A DNA stretch of 64,000 bases from Pseudomonadota bacterium (GCA_022571415.1 JACZXW010000003.1:834-64833); one strand, 5' to 3'; positions 35,240 to 45,266 are shown, numbered from the stretch's first letter. Translations and numbers: made by a program. Notes: generated by a model not told the origin, from the letters alone.

Positions 35240-37536
35240 TTTTCTACTTCAACCGGCTTGTCGCTGTCCAACAGTATCAGTAAAGGAGGTAACAGCAAGA
35301 AATCAAAAACCAGGGCAATGCTAATCACGATAGCAACCATCGATCCCATATCGCCGTTCATTTTGAAGTCAGAAGTACTCAACATTAAGAACCCGGCCAC
35401 CAGCACCAACGTGGTAATCCAGAGGGCAACGCCAACGCTCCTGAAGGCATAACGCACGGCGTCTTCTGCCGACAGACCCTGTTCTCTTCTTGCACGCAGG
35501 TATTTACTCAGAAAGTGAACCGTGTCATCAACCACGATGCCCATGGTAATCCCCAGTACCATCGACATTGACTGTCCCACCTCGCCGCTCAGGATAAACC
35601 AGACGCCAAATCCCGTAACACCCGGCAGCATATTCGGTATTAACGAAATGATTCCGATTTTCAGCGAACGCAGAGAAATAATGAGTACCAGGGCGATAAG
35701 TACAAGGGCGATAAGCGCACCCTTGATACTGCCTTGCATCGCTCGAATACCAATATGTGTAAACATCAGGGCCAGACCCGATCCTTCCTGTTCCATGGCA
35801 GGTGCGTTTTCTCGCAGCCAGGCTTTACCGCTTTCCTGCAGGGCAATAAAATCTGGCGTACCCAGGCTGGGTAGAGAGACGGTCATCCGGCTGGCTGACT
35901 TATCAAAGTTAAGCAGATTCGTGAGATCCAGACCGAAGGGCAAAGATAGTTCATACAGCAACAGGTACTGGGCCGACAATTCCTGTGATTCAGGAATAGC
36001 ATAGAAAGCGGGATCGTCCTGGTGAAGATTTTGGCTCAGGCGCTTAACGATATCAGTGTAAGTGTTGACATGCTGGACATGATCCTGACCTCTGAACCAT
36101 TCGGCAAAATCCTCCACACTCTGCAAATAGTCAGGATCAGAAACACCCTGGGCCTTTCCTGTGTCCAACGAATATTCAATCCTGTAAAGCCCCCCCAAAT
36201 TCTGATCGGTAAAGTCCGTATCCATGCGTATCGCTGTATTCTCATCAAAGTACTTGCTGAATCGATCACTCATGATATTCATCGGCGCCAGAAACATGAG
36301 TACCAGGGCAGCCACTGCACTGGTGGACATCAAAACAACCCTGTTGGCAATGACGAACTCAGCAAAGTCGGCCATGGAGGCAACGGCAAAAGATTCCCCG
36401 GGCTTTATCCGGTTCGGTAAAATGTAAACAATGGCTGGTAGAAAGGTAAGAGAGTAGACAAAAGCAAAAGCAACACCGATCGCCACCATGTTACCTATGT
36501 CCTGAATGGGAGGCACATCAGCAAGAAAATTGAGACTGAGAAAACCAATCGCAGTACTCAGGCTGGTGAGGAATACTGGCTGGACATTGATATCTATGGC
36601 GTCCAGCATAGCCGTTTCCTTGTTATCGCCTGTCCGCATTGACTGGGAAAATGACACCATCAGGTGAATGCCGTGGGCGACGACCACGGTCAGAAGGATG
36701 GTCGGTGTATTCGACGACATGGGCGAGATGGATATACCCAACCAGCCCGCAACACCCATGGCGGAGATTATGCTCAGGATTGTCGTTAGGAGGATGCCGA
36801 CAACACCGGCCAACGAGCGCAGTAACAATGCCATCACCACAGTCACTAACAGGTACATCAGCGGTGTCTGGGTTTTCAGATCTCTTAACGCGGTATTAGA
36901 AAACGCCTCACTGATCATGACCGAGCCAGTGGCATAGACCTTGATACCCGGAAAGGCTTCCATGATTTCGGCCTTCTTGCCCTTCGCCCAGTTTGCAGAC
37001 CTGACCCAGCCGTTTTCACCGCTGCCATCAATGTGGAAATCAACGTTAATACCGGCAACCCTTCCATCCTGGGAGATCAGACGATTCACTATCAGGGGTT
37101 CACTGATGGCAATGCTTCGGATTCGTTCCAGTTCTTCCTGGGACAGATCCTCGGGATTTTCAACGAGATTCTGCACCAGCAGGTCATCTCCAACGGCTTG
37201 GGTATGCTGGTAATTGGTTATTGAATCCACTCGTTTTACAAATGGTGTTTTCCAGGCTTCATCGGTTAAATCTTCAATGATCTTAAGCACTCTCGGAGTG
37301 AAAACCTGGCCATCATCAGGTGCGATAGCAAAAAATACATTCTCAACCCGGGAAAAGGTCTGTTCCAGATTCTCGAAGGCGACCAGCTGCGGATTGTCGG
37401 GACCAAAATTGTCCCGTGGCTCGGTAGAGATAGTAATCAACCCTAGCCCTGATCCGGCAAGAGCGGTTACTACCAGCGTGGTAAACAGGATGAGCCAGCG
37501 ATATCTCAGTACTATCTGTGCAAAAGATCTTGTCAC
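35236..37536 (-). CDS. RND-superfamily/MMPL-type exporter
   Basis: 766 aa with two 6-TM bundles separated by large loops. The N-terminus RYRWLILFTTLVVTALAG is typical of COG1033-type exporters. Confidence 0.8.
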   Translation of the reverse strand: MTRSFAQIVLRYRWLILFTTLVVTALAGSGLGLITISTEPRDNFGPDNPQLVAFENLEQTFSRVENVFFAIAPDDGQVFTPRVLKIIEDLTDEAWKTPFVKRVDSITNYQHTQAVGDDLLVQNLVENPEDLSQEELERIRSIAISEPLIVNRLISQDGRVAGINVDFHIDGSGENGWVRSANWAKGKKAEIMEAFPGIKVYATGSVMISEAFSNTALRDLKTQTPLMYLLVTVVMALLLRSLAGVVGILLTTILSIISAMGVAGWLGISISPMSSNTPTILLTVVVAHGIHLMVSFSQSMRTGDNKETAMLDAIDINVQPVFLTSLSTAIGFLSLNFLADVPPIQDIGNMVAIGVAFAFVYSLTFLPAIVYILPNRIKPGESFAVASMADFAEFVIANRVVLMSTSAVAALVLMFLAPMNIMSDRFSKYFDENTAIRMDTDFTDQNLGGLYRIEYSLDTGKAQGVSDPDYLQSVEDFAEWFRGQDHVQHVNTYTDIVKRLSQNLHQDDPAFYAIPESQELSAQYLLLYELSLPFGLDLTNLLNFDKSASRMTVSLPSLGTPDFIALQESGKAWLRENAPAMEQEGSGLALMFTHIGIRAMQGSIKGALIALVLIALVLIISLRSLKIGIISLIPNMLPGVTGFGVWFILSGEVGQSMSMVLGITMGIVVDDTVHFLSKYLRARREQGLSAEDAVRYAFRSVGVALWITTLVLVAGFLMLSTSDFKMNGDMGSMVAIVISIALVFDFLLLPPLLILLDSDKPVEVEN

Positions 37537-37662
37537 AATTATTCTCTATCCAATTAACGACCCAACATTACCCAATTCTCTGCTGTCTGCACAAGCGCAC
37601 TTTCCCTTCGCACCACCAGCGCAATTCTGTTTTAATGCTGCACTTTCAATTCGTCCATTCCT

Positions 37663-37983
37663 ATGTCCGGTCAATATCACGTAGTAGCCGCCACTTCAGA
37701 GCTCGAAGAAGACGGTCAGATGCATGTGGAACTCAATGGGGAAGAGATCCTGCTGTGCAAACATCAGGGGCAATTCTACGCCATTGCATACCACTGCAGT
37801 CACGAGGCATTTACCCTCGAAGGCGGTCTGTTGCAAGACGGCTGTATCACCTGCCCTTATCACGGTGCTGAGTTTTCACTGCACGACGGGTCGGTACAGG
37901 CTCCACCTGCTTTCGAGCCAATAAAAACCTACGCCATCAGAATTGTGGATGACACCATCTCCATTAACACAGAGCCCGCATAA
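37663..37983 (+). CDS. Rieske (2Fe-2S) ferredoxin-type protein
   Basis: CSHEAF ... CPYHGAEF (CxH...CxxH). Confidence 0.85.
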   Translation: MSGQYHVVAATSELEEDGQMHVELNGEEILLCKHQGQFYAIAYHCSHEAFTLEGGLLQDGCITCPYHGAEFSLHDGSVQAPPAFEPIKTYAIRIVDDTISINTEPA

Positions 37984-38210
37984 CTCTCACCTGCTCTCGT
38001 CGCGGGCACAAGCGGCTTTGTGGAATCCTCTTCCTTAAGTCGCCAAGTTCTTCACTGATGCTTTACCTCACACAGCGAATGTGAAATCCATCACGTTTTC
38101 GGCAAAAAAAGCCAGACACCTCCTCAAACCGTGAATGGGGTCACAGTCCAGGATCGGCTTAGCAGGTTAAATTCGCTGCGACGATTGCAGAGAAAAACAG
38201 AGAGACTAGG

Positions 38211-38456
38211 ATGAGCAGCCACAGGTTAGAGGTCTACATGGATTCATATCGCAGTGAACCGATTGTCAATGAAACCAACGAATCACTGGACATTCAAATA
38301 GGAGATGAAATTAATAAACAAGACTGGATGCGGTTACTTTCAGGAACGCAAAGCAAAATTGACCTGACAGTCAAAGTACAGGATGTGCATCACTTGTTTT
38401 GGGATTCTGAAGAATGTACGCATTCGATAAGTATCAAGGTTGTTCCGGTAGAATAA
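38211..38456 (+). CDS. hypothetical small protein
   Basis: 81-aa ORF with a purine-rich stretch upstream. It ends 39 nt before a strong terminator. I recognise no family. Confidence 0.3.
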   Translation: MSSHRLEVYMDSYRSEPIVNETNESLDIQIGDEINKQDWMRLLSGTQSKIDLTVKVQDVHHLFWDSEECTHSISIKVVPVE

Positions 38457-38494
38457 ATCACGGTTTTCCCCCAACTAGGTTTATCCTGCCAGTG

Positions 38495-38528
38495 GCAAAA
38501 AAGGGCGGTTAATTCCGCCCTTTTCTTT
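38495..38528. terminator. bidirectional rho-independent terminator
   Basis: AAAAAA-GGGCGG-TTAATT-CCGCCC-TTTTCTTT, lying between two convergent small ORFs. Confidence 0.75.
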
Positions 38529-38530
38529 GT

Positions 38531-38731
38531 TCAAGTGCTGTCCCGATACGCTTCCGCCAGTACATCCTCCTGCTTTTTTTCAAGTGTCTCGACCACTGCA
38601 AGGTGTGAATCGACAAACTCGTCCATGGAACCATAGTGGCATATCTCCTGGCCGCGCCACATAACGACAATAGCGGTCGGATTTTTACTGTGGAAGATGC
38701 CCGTCCTGCTTTTCAATTTTCGCCTGGTCAT
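38531..38731 (-). CDS. hypothetical small protein
   Basis: 66-aa ORF convergent with 38211..38456. I recognise no family. Confidence 0.25.
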   Translation of the reverse strand: MTRRKLKSRTGIFHSKNPTAIVVMWRGQEICHYGSMDEFVDSHLAVVETLEKKQEDVLAEAYRDST

Positions 38732-38901
38732 GTGCTCAGGAACCTCCGCTCAAGTATTTAATGTCTCTGCGTGGGCTGAAGGGCCTCTCCAGAGATATCG
38801 AATACCTGATCAGAGGCGCCCCGGTTGATTTTTTCGCGTACCAGCTTACCATGAGCGTTTTGGAGAACAATAACAATAATAACGCCGTTCGGAAGTAACT
38901 T

Positions 38902-41184
38902 ATGACCCCACGCATTTGGAGTATTGTCAGCTGCTTGCTGATTTGTCTGATCAGCCCGCTCCAGGCCGAGCAAAATTTCACAATTTCCGACCAGACCACC
39001 AACATTCGGCTGCGGCAGGAGGCACTGCAGTGGACCCCGGAATCAATCACCATCATCAAGAAATCAGACCTGGAAAGTAGTTACTTTAGAGATCTGGAGG
39101 ACATTCAGGGATTCGCTCCCGGCGTGATCATCGATAACCTTTTCAGTACGCCCCAGGGGGCAGGGATCAGCATGCGTGGCGTCGGCTCATCCCAAAACAG
39201 CAAGGGTTTTGAACCGGCGGTCGCATTGAGTATCGACGGTGTGTACGTTGGCACTCACGCCAGCCAGATGCAGGTACTGTTCGATATTGAACAGATCGAG
39301 ATTGTCCGAGGACCGCAGATGACGTACCGCGGAATACCCAATACTGGCGGTTCTATCAATATCGTACGGAGCAAACCGACCGGCCAGTACGATGTGGATG
39401 TCAGGGCAAGTTTTGGGGATTATGACCACCGCGAACTTGATGCTGTCATCAATTTCCCGATTGCCGATGCAATAGCGGGAAAAGTTGCATTCAGCTGGAA
39501 GGACGAAGGCGGTGATTATTTGCGTAATATCACCAATGGCCGTGGTGAAAACTCCGAGGACCGGCTGGCAATTTCAGGATCACTACTCTGGCAATTGAGT
39601 GACCAGGTTACCGCCCAATACACCTATGACAATGAAGATGATGCAGGTGACACTCCTGGATTACTAAACATCAGCACACAAACTGATCTTGTTTGTATCA
39701 ACGCCGTCAGCAATGAAACCTGTGGTTCCAGCATTGGTCTTGCCGTCCCGCAAACAATATCGTTTGAACGCACGGCGCAGAACTTCAGTAACAAACGGCG
39801 CTACAAAGGAGATCATCACACACTTAGAATCGATTTCGAGTGGGCCGGCCGCACCCTGACAAGCATCACCGGCTTCAGGAATACCGAAGAGAAGATGGAC
39901 ACAGACCTGGATGCAACACAGGTAGACTTTTATTCCATATCCTCTGAACAGGACTACGAACAATTTTCCCAGGAGTTTCGGCTAACGGAACAATACTCAG
40001 AAAATCTGCATTATGCGTTGGGTTTTTACTACCTCTCCAGTCAATATGATTTGTTCCAGGAAGAGTTTTTTATCCTGAATGCACTGGGTAATGCCGGACT
40101 TGGAGCCAGTCACGACGCTGCTGACGTCCAGTGGCTCACCTCCAGCACTGAATCCACCTACTTTTCGATCTTCGCACATGTGGACTATGTGCTTGATGAC
40201 CAATGGACGGTAGATTTTGGTTCGCGAGTTTCCATCGTTGAAAAGGATTTTAATCACCGCCCATCTGGAGTGAGGATTAATAAATCGTATTTGCCCTCAC
40301 CGGTCAACATCAGCAAAAATAAAGACTGGACCGAATGGACCTTTTCAGCCGGGATCAGCTACCAGGTCGATGAAGAAGCGATGATTTACTTTCGCTTCTC
40401 GGAAGGTTTCAGGCCAGGTGGCTTTAACGAAAATGCCGTTTCAGTCGAATCCGCGACCAGCTACGGCAGCGAGACCACTGATAACTGGGAATTGGGCATG
40501 AAGAGCGAATGGTTCAACGACAAATTGCGCCTCAACATGGCCTACTACAAGATTGACCTGGATAACAAGCAGGAGCAATTTATTGCGTTGGTTGCACCGG
40601 GACGGCTGGAATCGGTTATCGATAATGTCGCCACCATAGAAACCAATGGATTCGAACTTGAGTTCGAGGCGATACCTATTGAGAATCTTTACCTGCGTGG
40701 CACCTACAATCATATGGGAGCCGACTACAAGACCTACCTCGTGCCTGATCTCGCCAATCCAGGAACAGAGCTTAACCTGAAAGGCCTGCGGCCGAATCGC
40801 GCGCCTAAGGATACGTACTTTTTCTCAGCGCTCTATTCCTTCGACTTCGCGTCGGGAATTATCAACATCTATGCAGGATATCGATTTTCCGACGATTACC
40901 AGACGAATCCCAAAATCCTGGTGGCGAAAGTCAATAACCACACCACCTGGGACTTTTCAATCGACTATATGTGGCGGGACTGGACATTCAGGTTGTTCAG
41001 CCAAAACGTGAAGAACAAACGTTACCTGCAGAATGTCGTTAATCTTACCGATGCTGACGTTGTGCCATTGGTCCAGGGCGCAACCAATGCTACCGGGCTG
41101 GTGACGTTTACCGAATACAACCGTCCTCGCTACACCGGTTTCGAATTGATTTACAGGCCTGACCTGTCGGGGCTATTTAACTAG
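38902..41184 (+). CDS. TonB-dependent outer-membrane receptor
   Basis: Signal peptide (SIVSCLLICLISPLQAEQ), plug-domain motifs (IEIVRGPQ) and a long beta-barrel region with alternating Y/F-rich strands. Confidence 0.9.
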   Translation: MTPRIWSIVSCLLICLISPLQAEQNFTISDQTTNIRLRQEALQWTPESITIIKKSDLESSYFRDLEDIQGFAPGVIIDNLFSTPQGAGISMRGVGSSQNSKGFEPAVALSIDGVYVGTHASQMQVLFDIEQIEIVRGPQMTYRGIPNTGGSINIVRSKPTGQYDVDVRASFGDYDHRELDAVINFPIADAIAGKVAFSWKDEGGDYLRNITNGRGENSEDRLAISGSLLWQLSDQVTAQYTYDNEDDAGDTPGLLNISTQTDLVCINAVSNETCGSSIGLAVPQTISFERTAQNFSNKRRYKGDHHTLRIDFEWAGRTLTSITGFRNTEEKMDTDLDATQVDFYSISSEQDYEQFSQEFRLTEQYSENLHYALGFYYLSSQYDLFQEEFFILNALGNAGLGASHDAADVQWLTSSTESTYFSIFAHVDYVLDDQWTVDFGSRVSIVEKDFNHRPSGVRINKSYLPSPVNISKNKDWTEWTFSAGISYQVDEEAMIYFRFSEGFRPGGFNENAVSVESATSYGSETTDNWELGMKSEWFNDKLRLNMAYYKIDLDNKQEQFIALVAPGRLESVIDNVATIETNGFELEFEAIPIENLYLRGTYNHMGADYKTYLVPDLANPGTELNLKGLRPNRAPKDTYFFSALYSFDFASGIINIYAGYRFSDDYQTNPKILVAKVNNHTTWDFSIDYMWRDWTFRLFSQNVKNKRYLQNVVNLTDADVVPLVQGATNATGLVTFTEYNRPRYTGFELIYRPDLSGLFN

Positions 41185-41364
41185 GCGTAACCCGCGCAGG
41201 CGTCGCGGCCTGCTGATTTAGTGATCGTTGGGGACGAAGCGGGTAAGATACAACCGGTGAATGAAATAGGTGTGACGGTACATGTTCGTATATTATGACT
41301 GGGGTCCCGTGACCCTTGACCGAACAACTGAACTTTTAGCTTCTAAAAATCCAGGAATTTGACC

Positions 41365-41736
41365 ATGCAATGTCCAAAGTGTTTGTTTGACATGGAAGTT
41401 ATCGACTACAAGGGAATCGAGATTGACCGTTGCACGGAATGTTTCGGCATGTGGTTCGACCACCTTGAAAGGGAAGACCTGAAATCCCTTGAGGGAGCGG
41501 ATGAAATAGACATTGGTGATGAGTTCGTCGGCGCCAGATATAACGAAATCCTGGACGTTCCCTGCCCCAAGTGCAAAGTGAAGATGAATCATGTTCTGCA
41601 CACCGAGCCTTTTGAAATAAAGTTCGAATCTTGTCCGCAATGTCACGGCGCCTATTTTGACGCTGGAGAATTCAAGGACTATATGGAAGATGAAATTTTC
41701 GAACAATTCCAGGACATCGTACGTCATATACAGTAG
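41365..41736 (+). CDS. tandem zinc-ribbon (zf-TFIIB-type) protein
   Basis: Two CPKC...C..C ribbons: CPKCLFDMEV...CTECFGMWFD and CPKCKVKMNH...CPQCHGAYFD. Confidence 0.7.
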   Translation: MQCPKCLFDMEVIDYKGIEIDRCTECFGMWFDHLEREDLKSLEGADEIDIGDEFVGARYNEILDVPCPKCKVKMNHVLHTEPFEIKFESCPQCHGAYFDAGEFKDYMEDEIFEQFQDIVRHIQ

Positions 41737-41795
41737 GTGGCTTGATCTGAGGTGGCTTGATCTGAGGTGGCTTGATCTGAGGTGGCTTGACCGAA
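41736..41795. repeat. 15-bp tandem repeat x4 (GGTGGCTTGATCTGA; the last copy diverges)
   Basis: Read directly from the sequence. The first G is the last base of the zinc-ribbon gene's TAG stop codon. Confidence 0.9.
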
Positions 41796-42015
41796 GGTCA
41801 AACACCGAACCCGGCAGCAATTTGGCGCAGCCATGTTGTGAGAGGGCGAAGTTCAAACACCGAACCCGGCAGCAATTTGGCGCAGCCATGTTGCGAGAGG
41901 GCGAAGGTCAAACACCGAACCCGGCAGCAATTTGGTGCAGCCATGTTGCGAGAGGGCGAAGTTCAAACACCGAATCCGGCAGGAGAATTGCGAAGCAAAT
42001 CTCCGAGAGGGAGAG
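41796..42015. repeat. 55-bp tandem repeat, three near-identical copies plus one diverged copy
   Basis: Unit: G(G/T)TCAAACACCGAACCCGGCAGCAATTTGG(C/T)GCAGCCATGTTG(C/T)GAGAGGGCGAA. Copies start at 41796, 41851, 41906 and 41961. The 55-nt period is not a multiple of 3. Confidence 0.9.
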
Positions 42016-42043
42016 TCCAATCCTCCCCCGCTCCAGGGAAAAT

Positions 42044-42955
42044 TCAAAACTCCGGCAATATCTCTTCGATAAAATGTCGTGTCTGCATCATCATCTCCCG
42101 GTGATTACCGGCAAGGGGTAGCATGACAAACTTATGGCATCCCGCATCTATGTACTCATTGATTCTCTTTATGATTTCACCAGCATCGCCTACGACCATA
42201 TAACGAGAGGGATCTTTATTTAACCTGGCTCGTAAACCTTCACTGGCTTTTCTGGCACTTTCTTCATCCGGGTTACCAAACCGGAAAGAAAAAGAAGCCC
42301 CGTAGTGATCGTCATCAATATGTCGCCCGGTATCCTTCAAGGCTACTTTGATACCCTTGACCATGATCTTTGACTGTTCCGGTGAATCAATACCACCCAG
42401 CCAGCCGGTGCCAAACTTTGCCGTGCGTTTCATGGCGGCCTCGCTGGAACCACCAATCCACAAGGGAATTTTCCGATTTTCAGGTTTCGGGGAAATAGTG
42501 GCATGCTGATAGTGAAAAAATTCGCCGTCAAAACTTACATCGTCTTCATACCACAGGCGACGGATCAACTGCAGCGCTTCGTCAGCTTTCTTGCCTCTTC
42601 GTTTCGTCGGAATTCCAGTCGCCTTATAGTCCTGACTCAGGGCGCTACCAATACCGAAAGCAGGCAGTAAACGACCATTACTCAACAAGTCAACTGTAGC
42701 GCATTGCTTCGCCGTTAAGAGCGGATCCCTGAGCGCGATAGAAGCCACATTCATACCAAACCGGATTTTTTCCGTTGCCCCAGCGAGCGCCGCCATGGTT
42801 GACATACACTCCAGCATCGGCTCCGTCGATACCAGCCGATCTGTCTGCCAGATGGAATCCACAGAGCCTAGTTCACAGAATTCGACCCATTCAAAGTATT
42901 CTTTGCCCGTACTGAAGGGAAACCGCGAAGTACCCAGACCCAAACCTATCGTCAT
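42044..42955 (-). CDS. LLM-class (luciferase-like) flavin/F420-dependent oxidoreductase
   Basis: 303 aa. The N-terminus MTIGLGLGTSRFPF...SIWQTDRL and the overall pattern are typical of LLM TIM-barrel proteins. Confidence 0.8.
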   Translation of the reverse strand: MTIGLGLGTSRFPFSTGKEYFEWVEFCELGSVDSIWQTDRLVSTEPMLECMSTMAALAGATEKIRFGMNVASIALRDPLLTAKQCATVDLLSNGRLLPAFGIGSALSQDYKATGIPTKRRGKKADEALQLIRRLWYEDDVSFDGEFFHYQHATISPKPENRKIPLWIGGSSEAAMKRTAKFGTGWLGGIDSPEQSKIMVKGIKVALKDTGRHIDDDHYGASFSFRFGNPDEESARKASEGLRARLNKDPSRYMVVGDAGEIIKRINEYIDAGCHKFVMLPLAGNHREMMMQTRHFIEEILPEF

Positions 42956-42970
42956 TATTCCACCTTTTGC

Positions 42971-44164
42971 TTAAATCATCGGCGAACCAGACTGCCCATC
43001 GGAATCGAGCAGTAGCGCACCAATATCCTCCAGCCCCTTGCGTTGACCCACCATGTGTTGACACATTGTTTCAGTATCCCGAATCGATCGATCCATCGGT
43101 CCTTTTCGACTATAAATTGCACTACCACCGATAACGTCGTACAACAGTCTTACTATGCTGCGAGCAGACTGGAACGCATTCAGTCTTGACAACCACAGGT
43201 CAGCTCTTTGCTGCTTATTCAACTCAATATCTTTTTCCAGCAGATGCCACTGGGTCTCCAGCGCAGAGAACACATAAGACCTGGCGCTCCCCAGAAGCAT
43301 TTCAGCATCCGCTATTGCAGTTTTAATCCTCGGTTGGTTCTTGTATCTCTGTTGGCTCAGAGGATCCACCTTACCGGCCAGGATCTCCTTCGCATCATCT
43401 ATTCTCTGCTTGGCAACACCTAAAGGAATGCCGGACATTTTTCGCAGTAGGGTATCTGCCTTTTTCCACAACAGACCTTCCCGTTTTGGCTCAAAAAAGC
43501 TGAACGAGTGTTCCCTAGGAACCACGAGATAATCGGATAAAGTTGTATAGTCATTGCTACCGGTCCCCCTGAGGCCCGTGGTATACCAGGTATCCTTGAT
43601 TTCCCAATGCGACGCTGGCGCAATAACCAGCCGCCATTCCGGCGTACCCCGTTCATTCAACACGGGTTCCCCATCCCGATAGACCGTGCAGCCCGCAGCA
43701 ATCAAATCTGCATGAGATGAGCCGCTACAAAACATCCAGTTTCCTGAAACGCGGTAGCCGCCATCGATTTCTTCGGCGCGCCCAACGGGGTATACCCAAC
43801 CGGCCTGCACCATATCAAGATGCGGATACAAGTCCCTCGCAACATGATCGTCAAGGTATCCGGAATAAATTCCGGAATCACATCCGATCATTACGCACCA
43901 ACCAACCGATGCGTCGCCACGGGACAGCTCCTCAATCACCAGCACTTGTTCCATGGAGCTGAGCTCCGGCCCTTCCCAGGTACGCGGCATATTCATGCGA
44001 AACATCCCGGCAGCCACCAGTTGCCCAACAACTTCGGGGGTTAATTTTCGCGCCTGCTCAATATCGTCAGACTTTGAGGCAAGCCAGCCGCGCAAGGTTT
44101 TTGCGTTTGCGTAGATCTCGTCAAATCCAATCGGGGTTTGTAGTACTACTGGTGGGGCGCTCAT
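42971..44164 (-). CDS. acyl-CoA dehydrogenase-fold flavoprotein (possibly oxygenase-type)
   Basis: 397 aa. GYRVSGNWMFCSGSSHAD and TTGLRGTGSNDY resemble ACAD middle-domain motifs. It is adjacent to an LLM gene. Confidence 0.7.
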   Translation of the reverse strand: MSAPPVVLQTPIGFDEIYANAKTLRGWLASKSDDIEQARKLTPEVVGQLVAAGMFRMNMPRTWEGPELSSMEQVLVIEELSRGDASVGWCVMIGCDSGIYSGYLDDHVARDLYPHLDMVQAGWVYPVGRAEEIDGGYRVSGNWMFCSGSSHADLIAAGCTVYRDGEPVLNERGTPEWRLVIAPASHWEIKDTWYTTGLRGTGSNDYTTLSDYLVVPREHSFSFFEPKREGLLWKKADTLLRKMSGIPLGVAKQRIDDAKEILAGKVDPLSQQRYKNQPRIKTAIADAEMLLGSARSYVFSALETQWHLLEKDIELNKQQRADLWLSRLNAFQSARSIVRLLYDVIGGSAIYSRKGPMDRSIRDTETMCQHMVGQRKGLEDIGALLLDSDGQSGSPMI

Positions 44165-44285
44165 TGAGGGAAAATACTCCTGTTAATAACTGATGATAAG
44201 TCAAACCTATTGAACTGCGCCATTGTAGCAACATAAAAATATTTCACTTAATATGGCTTTCCTTTTTAGGCAAGAACAAGAAAAC

Positions 44286-45266
44286 ATGCGCGCTATTGTC
44301 TGTGAAGAATATGACTCCCCGGATAAGCTGAAAATCCAGGATGTCGATGACCCAAATCCAGGACCCACTGATGTGTTGCTTACTATTCAGGCAACTGGCC
44401 TGGGTTATGTCGACGCTCTCACGGTGGCGGGTCACTACCAGATAAGGCCGCCGTTGCCCTTCATCCCGGGAAACGAAATCGCGGGTGTCGTGGAACAGAT
44501 CGGAGAAGGTGTCAAGCATCTGAGGGTTGGCCAGCGAGTTCTTGCAACACCGTCCAGAGGCGGTCTTGCAGAAAAAATTGCTCTCCCGGAAACAGCCTGT
44601 GTTCCTCTGCCTGATGTCCTGTCGCCGGAGTCGGCAGCCTCATTCCTGGTTAACTACTGCACCGCATACCACGGCCTGACCTATTGCGGGAACCTGAAGA
44701 GGAAAGAAACCATCCTGATCCTTGGCGCCAGCGGTGGTGTAGGAACCGCCGCAATTGATGTTGCCAAGGCTATGGGTGCAAGAGTTATCGCCGCGGCTTC
44801 AAGCAAGAAAAAACGCCAGGCCTGTATTGAGGTCGGTGCGGATCATGTCGTGAACTATTCCCTTAAAAACTGGCGCGACCAACTAAAAAAAATACTGGAT
44901 GGCGAACCCCTCAACATCGTCTACGATCCTGTTGGCGGCAACTATTCGGAACCTGCCCTGCGCTCCCTGGGTCCGGATGGCAGATTCCTGGTGGTGGGAT
45001 TTGCAACGGGTGAAATAGCCCGGATGCCACTGAACCTGATGCTCCTGAAAAGATGTTCCGTCATTGGTGTCAACTGGGGTGGATTCATTGCAGCGAATCC
45101 CGGCGAGGCCCGACCCGTACTCACGAGTTTGCTGGAATGGATTACTTCGGGAAGGCTCAATCCTCAACCTGGAGAGACCTTTCCCCTCGCACAAGCAGGT
45201 AGCGCCATGATGAGAATGCTGGACAGGAAAGCGATTGGAAAAATTGTCATTACGGTGCAAGAATAG
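44286..45266 (+). CDS. NADPH:quinone oxidoreductase / zinc-type alcohol dehydrogenase-like (MDR) protein
   Basis: MRAIVCEEYDSP start, and ILGASGGVGTAAIDVAKAMGARV as the Rossmann motif. Confidence 0.85.
   Translation: MRAIVCEEYDSPDKLKIQDVDDPNPGPTDVLLTIQATGLGYVDALTVAGHYQIRPPLPFIPGNEIAGVVEQIGEGVKHLRVGQRVLATPSRGGLAEKIALPETACVPLPDVLSPESAASFLVNYCTAYHGLTYCGNLKRKETILILGASGGVGTAAIDVAKAMGARVIAAASSKKKRQACIEVGADHVVNYSLKNWRDQLKKILDGEPLNIVYDPVGGNYSEPALRSLGPDGRFLVVGFATGEIARMPLNLMLLKRCSVIGVNWGGFIAANPGEARPVLTSLLEWITSGRLNPQPGETFPLAQAGSAMMRMLDRKAIGKIVITVQE

Noticed and set aside
38761-38840. A possible TPP (THI-box) riboswitch or attenuator in the leader of the TonB-dependent receptor: CTGAAG ... ACCTGATCAGAGG, with a GGGCCTCT/AGAGGCGCCC stem and a later TTTTTT run.
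   Set aside because: Only fragments resemble the THI-box consensus (CUGAGA ... ACCUGAUCUGGAUAAUGCCAGCG). The P5-type hairpin is absent, and the T-run is 7 nt away from the stem, so it is not a canonical terminator. A covariance-model scan (Rfam TPP or cobalamin) would settle it.
41796-42015. The 55-bp repeats might be a CRISPR array.
   Set aside because: The copies are directly abutting with no spacers, there are only 3-4 units, the unit is longer than typical CRISPR repeats, and no cas genes are in the window. This is a tandem repeat.
41293-42121. Long ORFs (198 aa on the minus strand; 154 and 105 aa on the plus strand) run across the repeat array and encode LRSSHLRSSH- or EPGSNLAQPCCER-type repeats.
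   Set aside because: They are products of translating 15-bp and 55-bp repeats. The 55-nt period shifts the frame every unit. The ORFs overlap each other and the real zinc-ribbon gene, and no credible start or RBS context is present.
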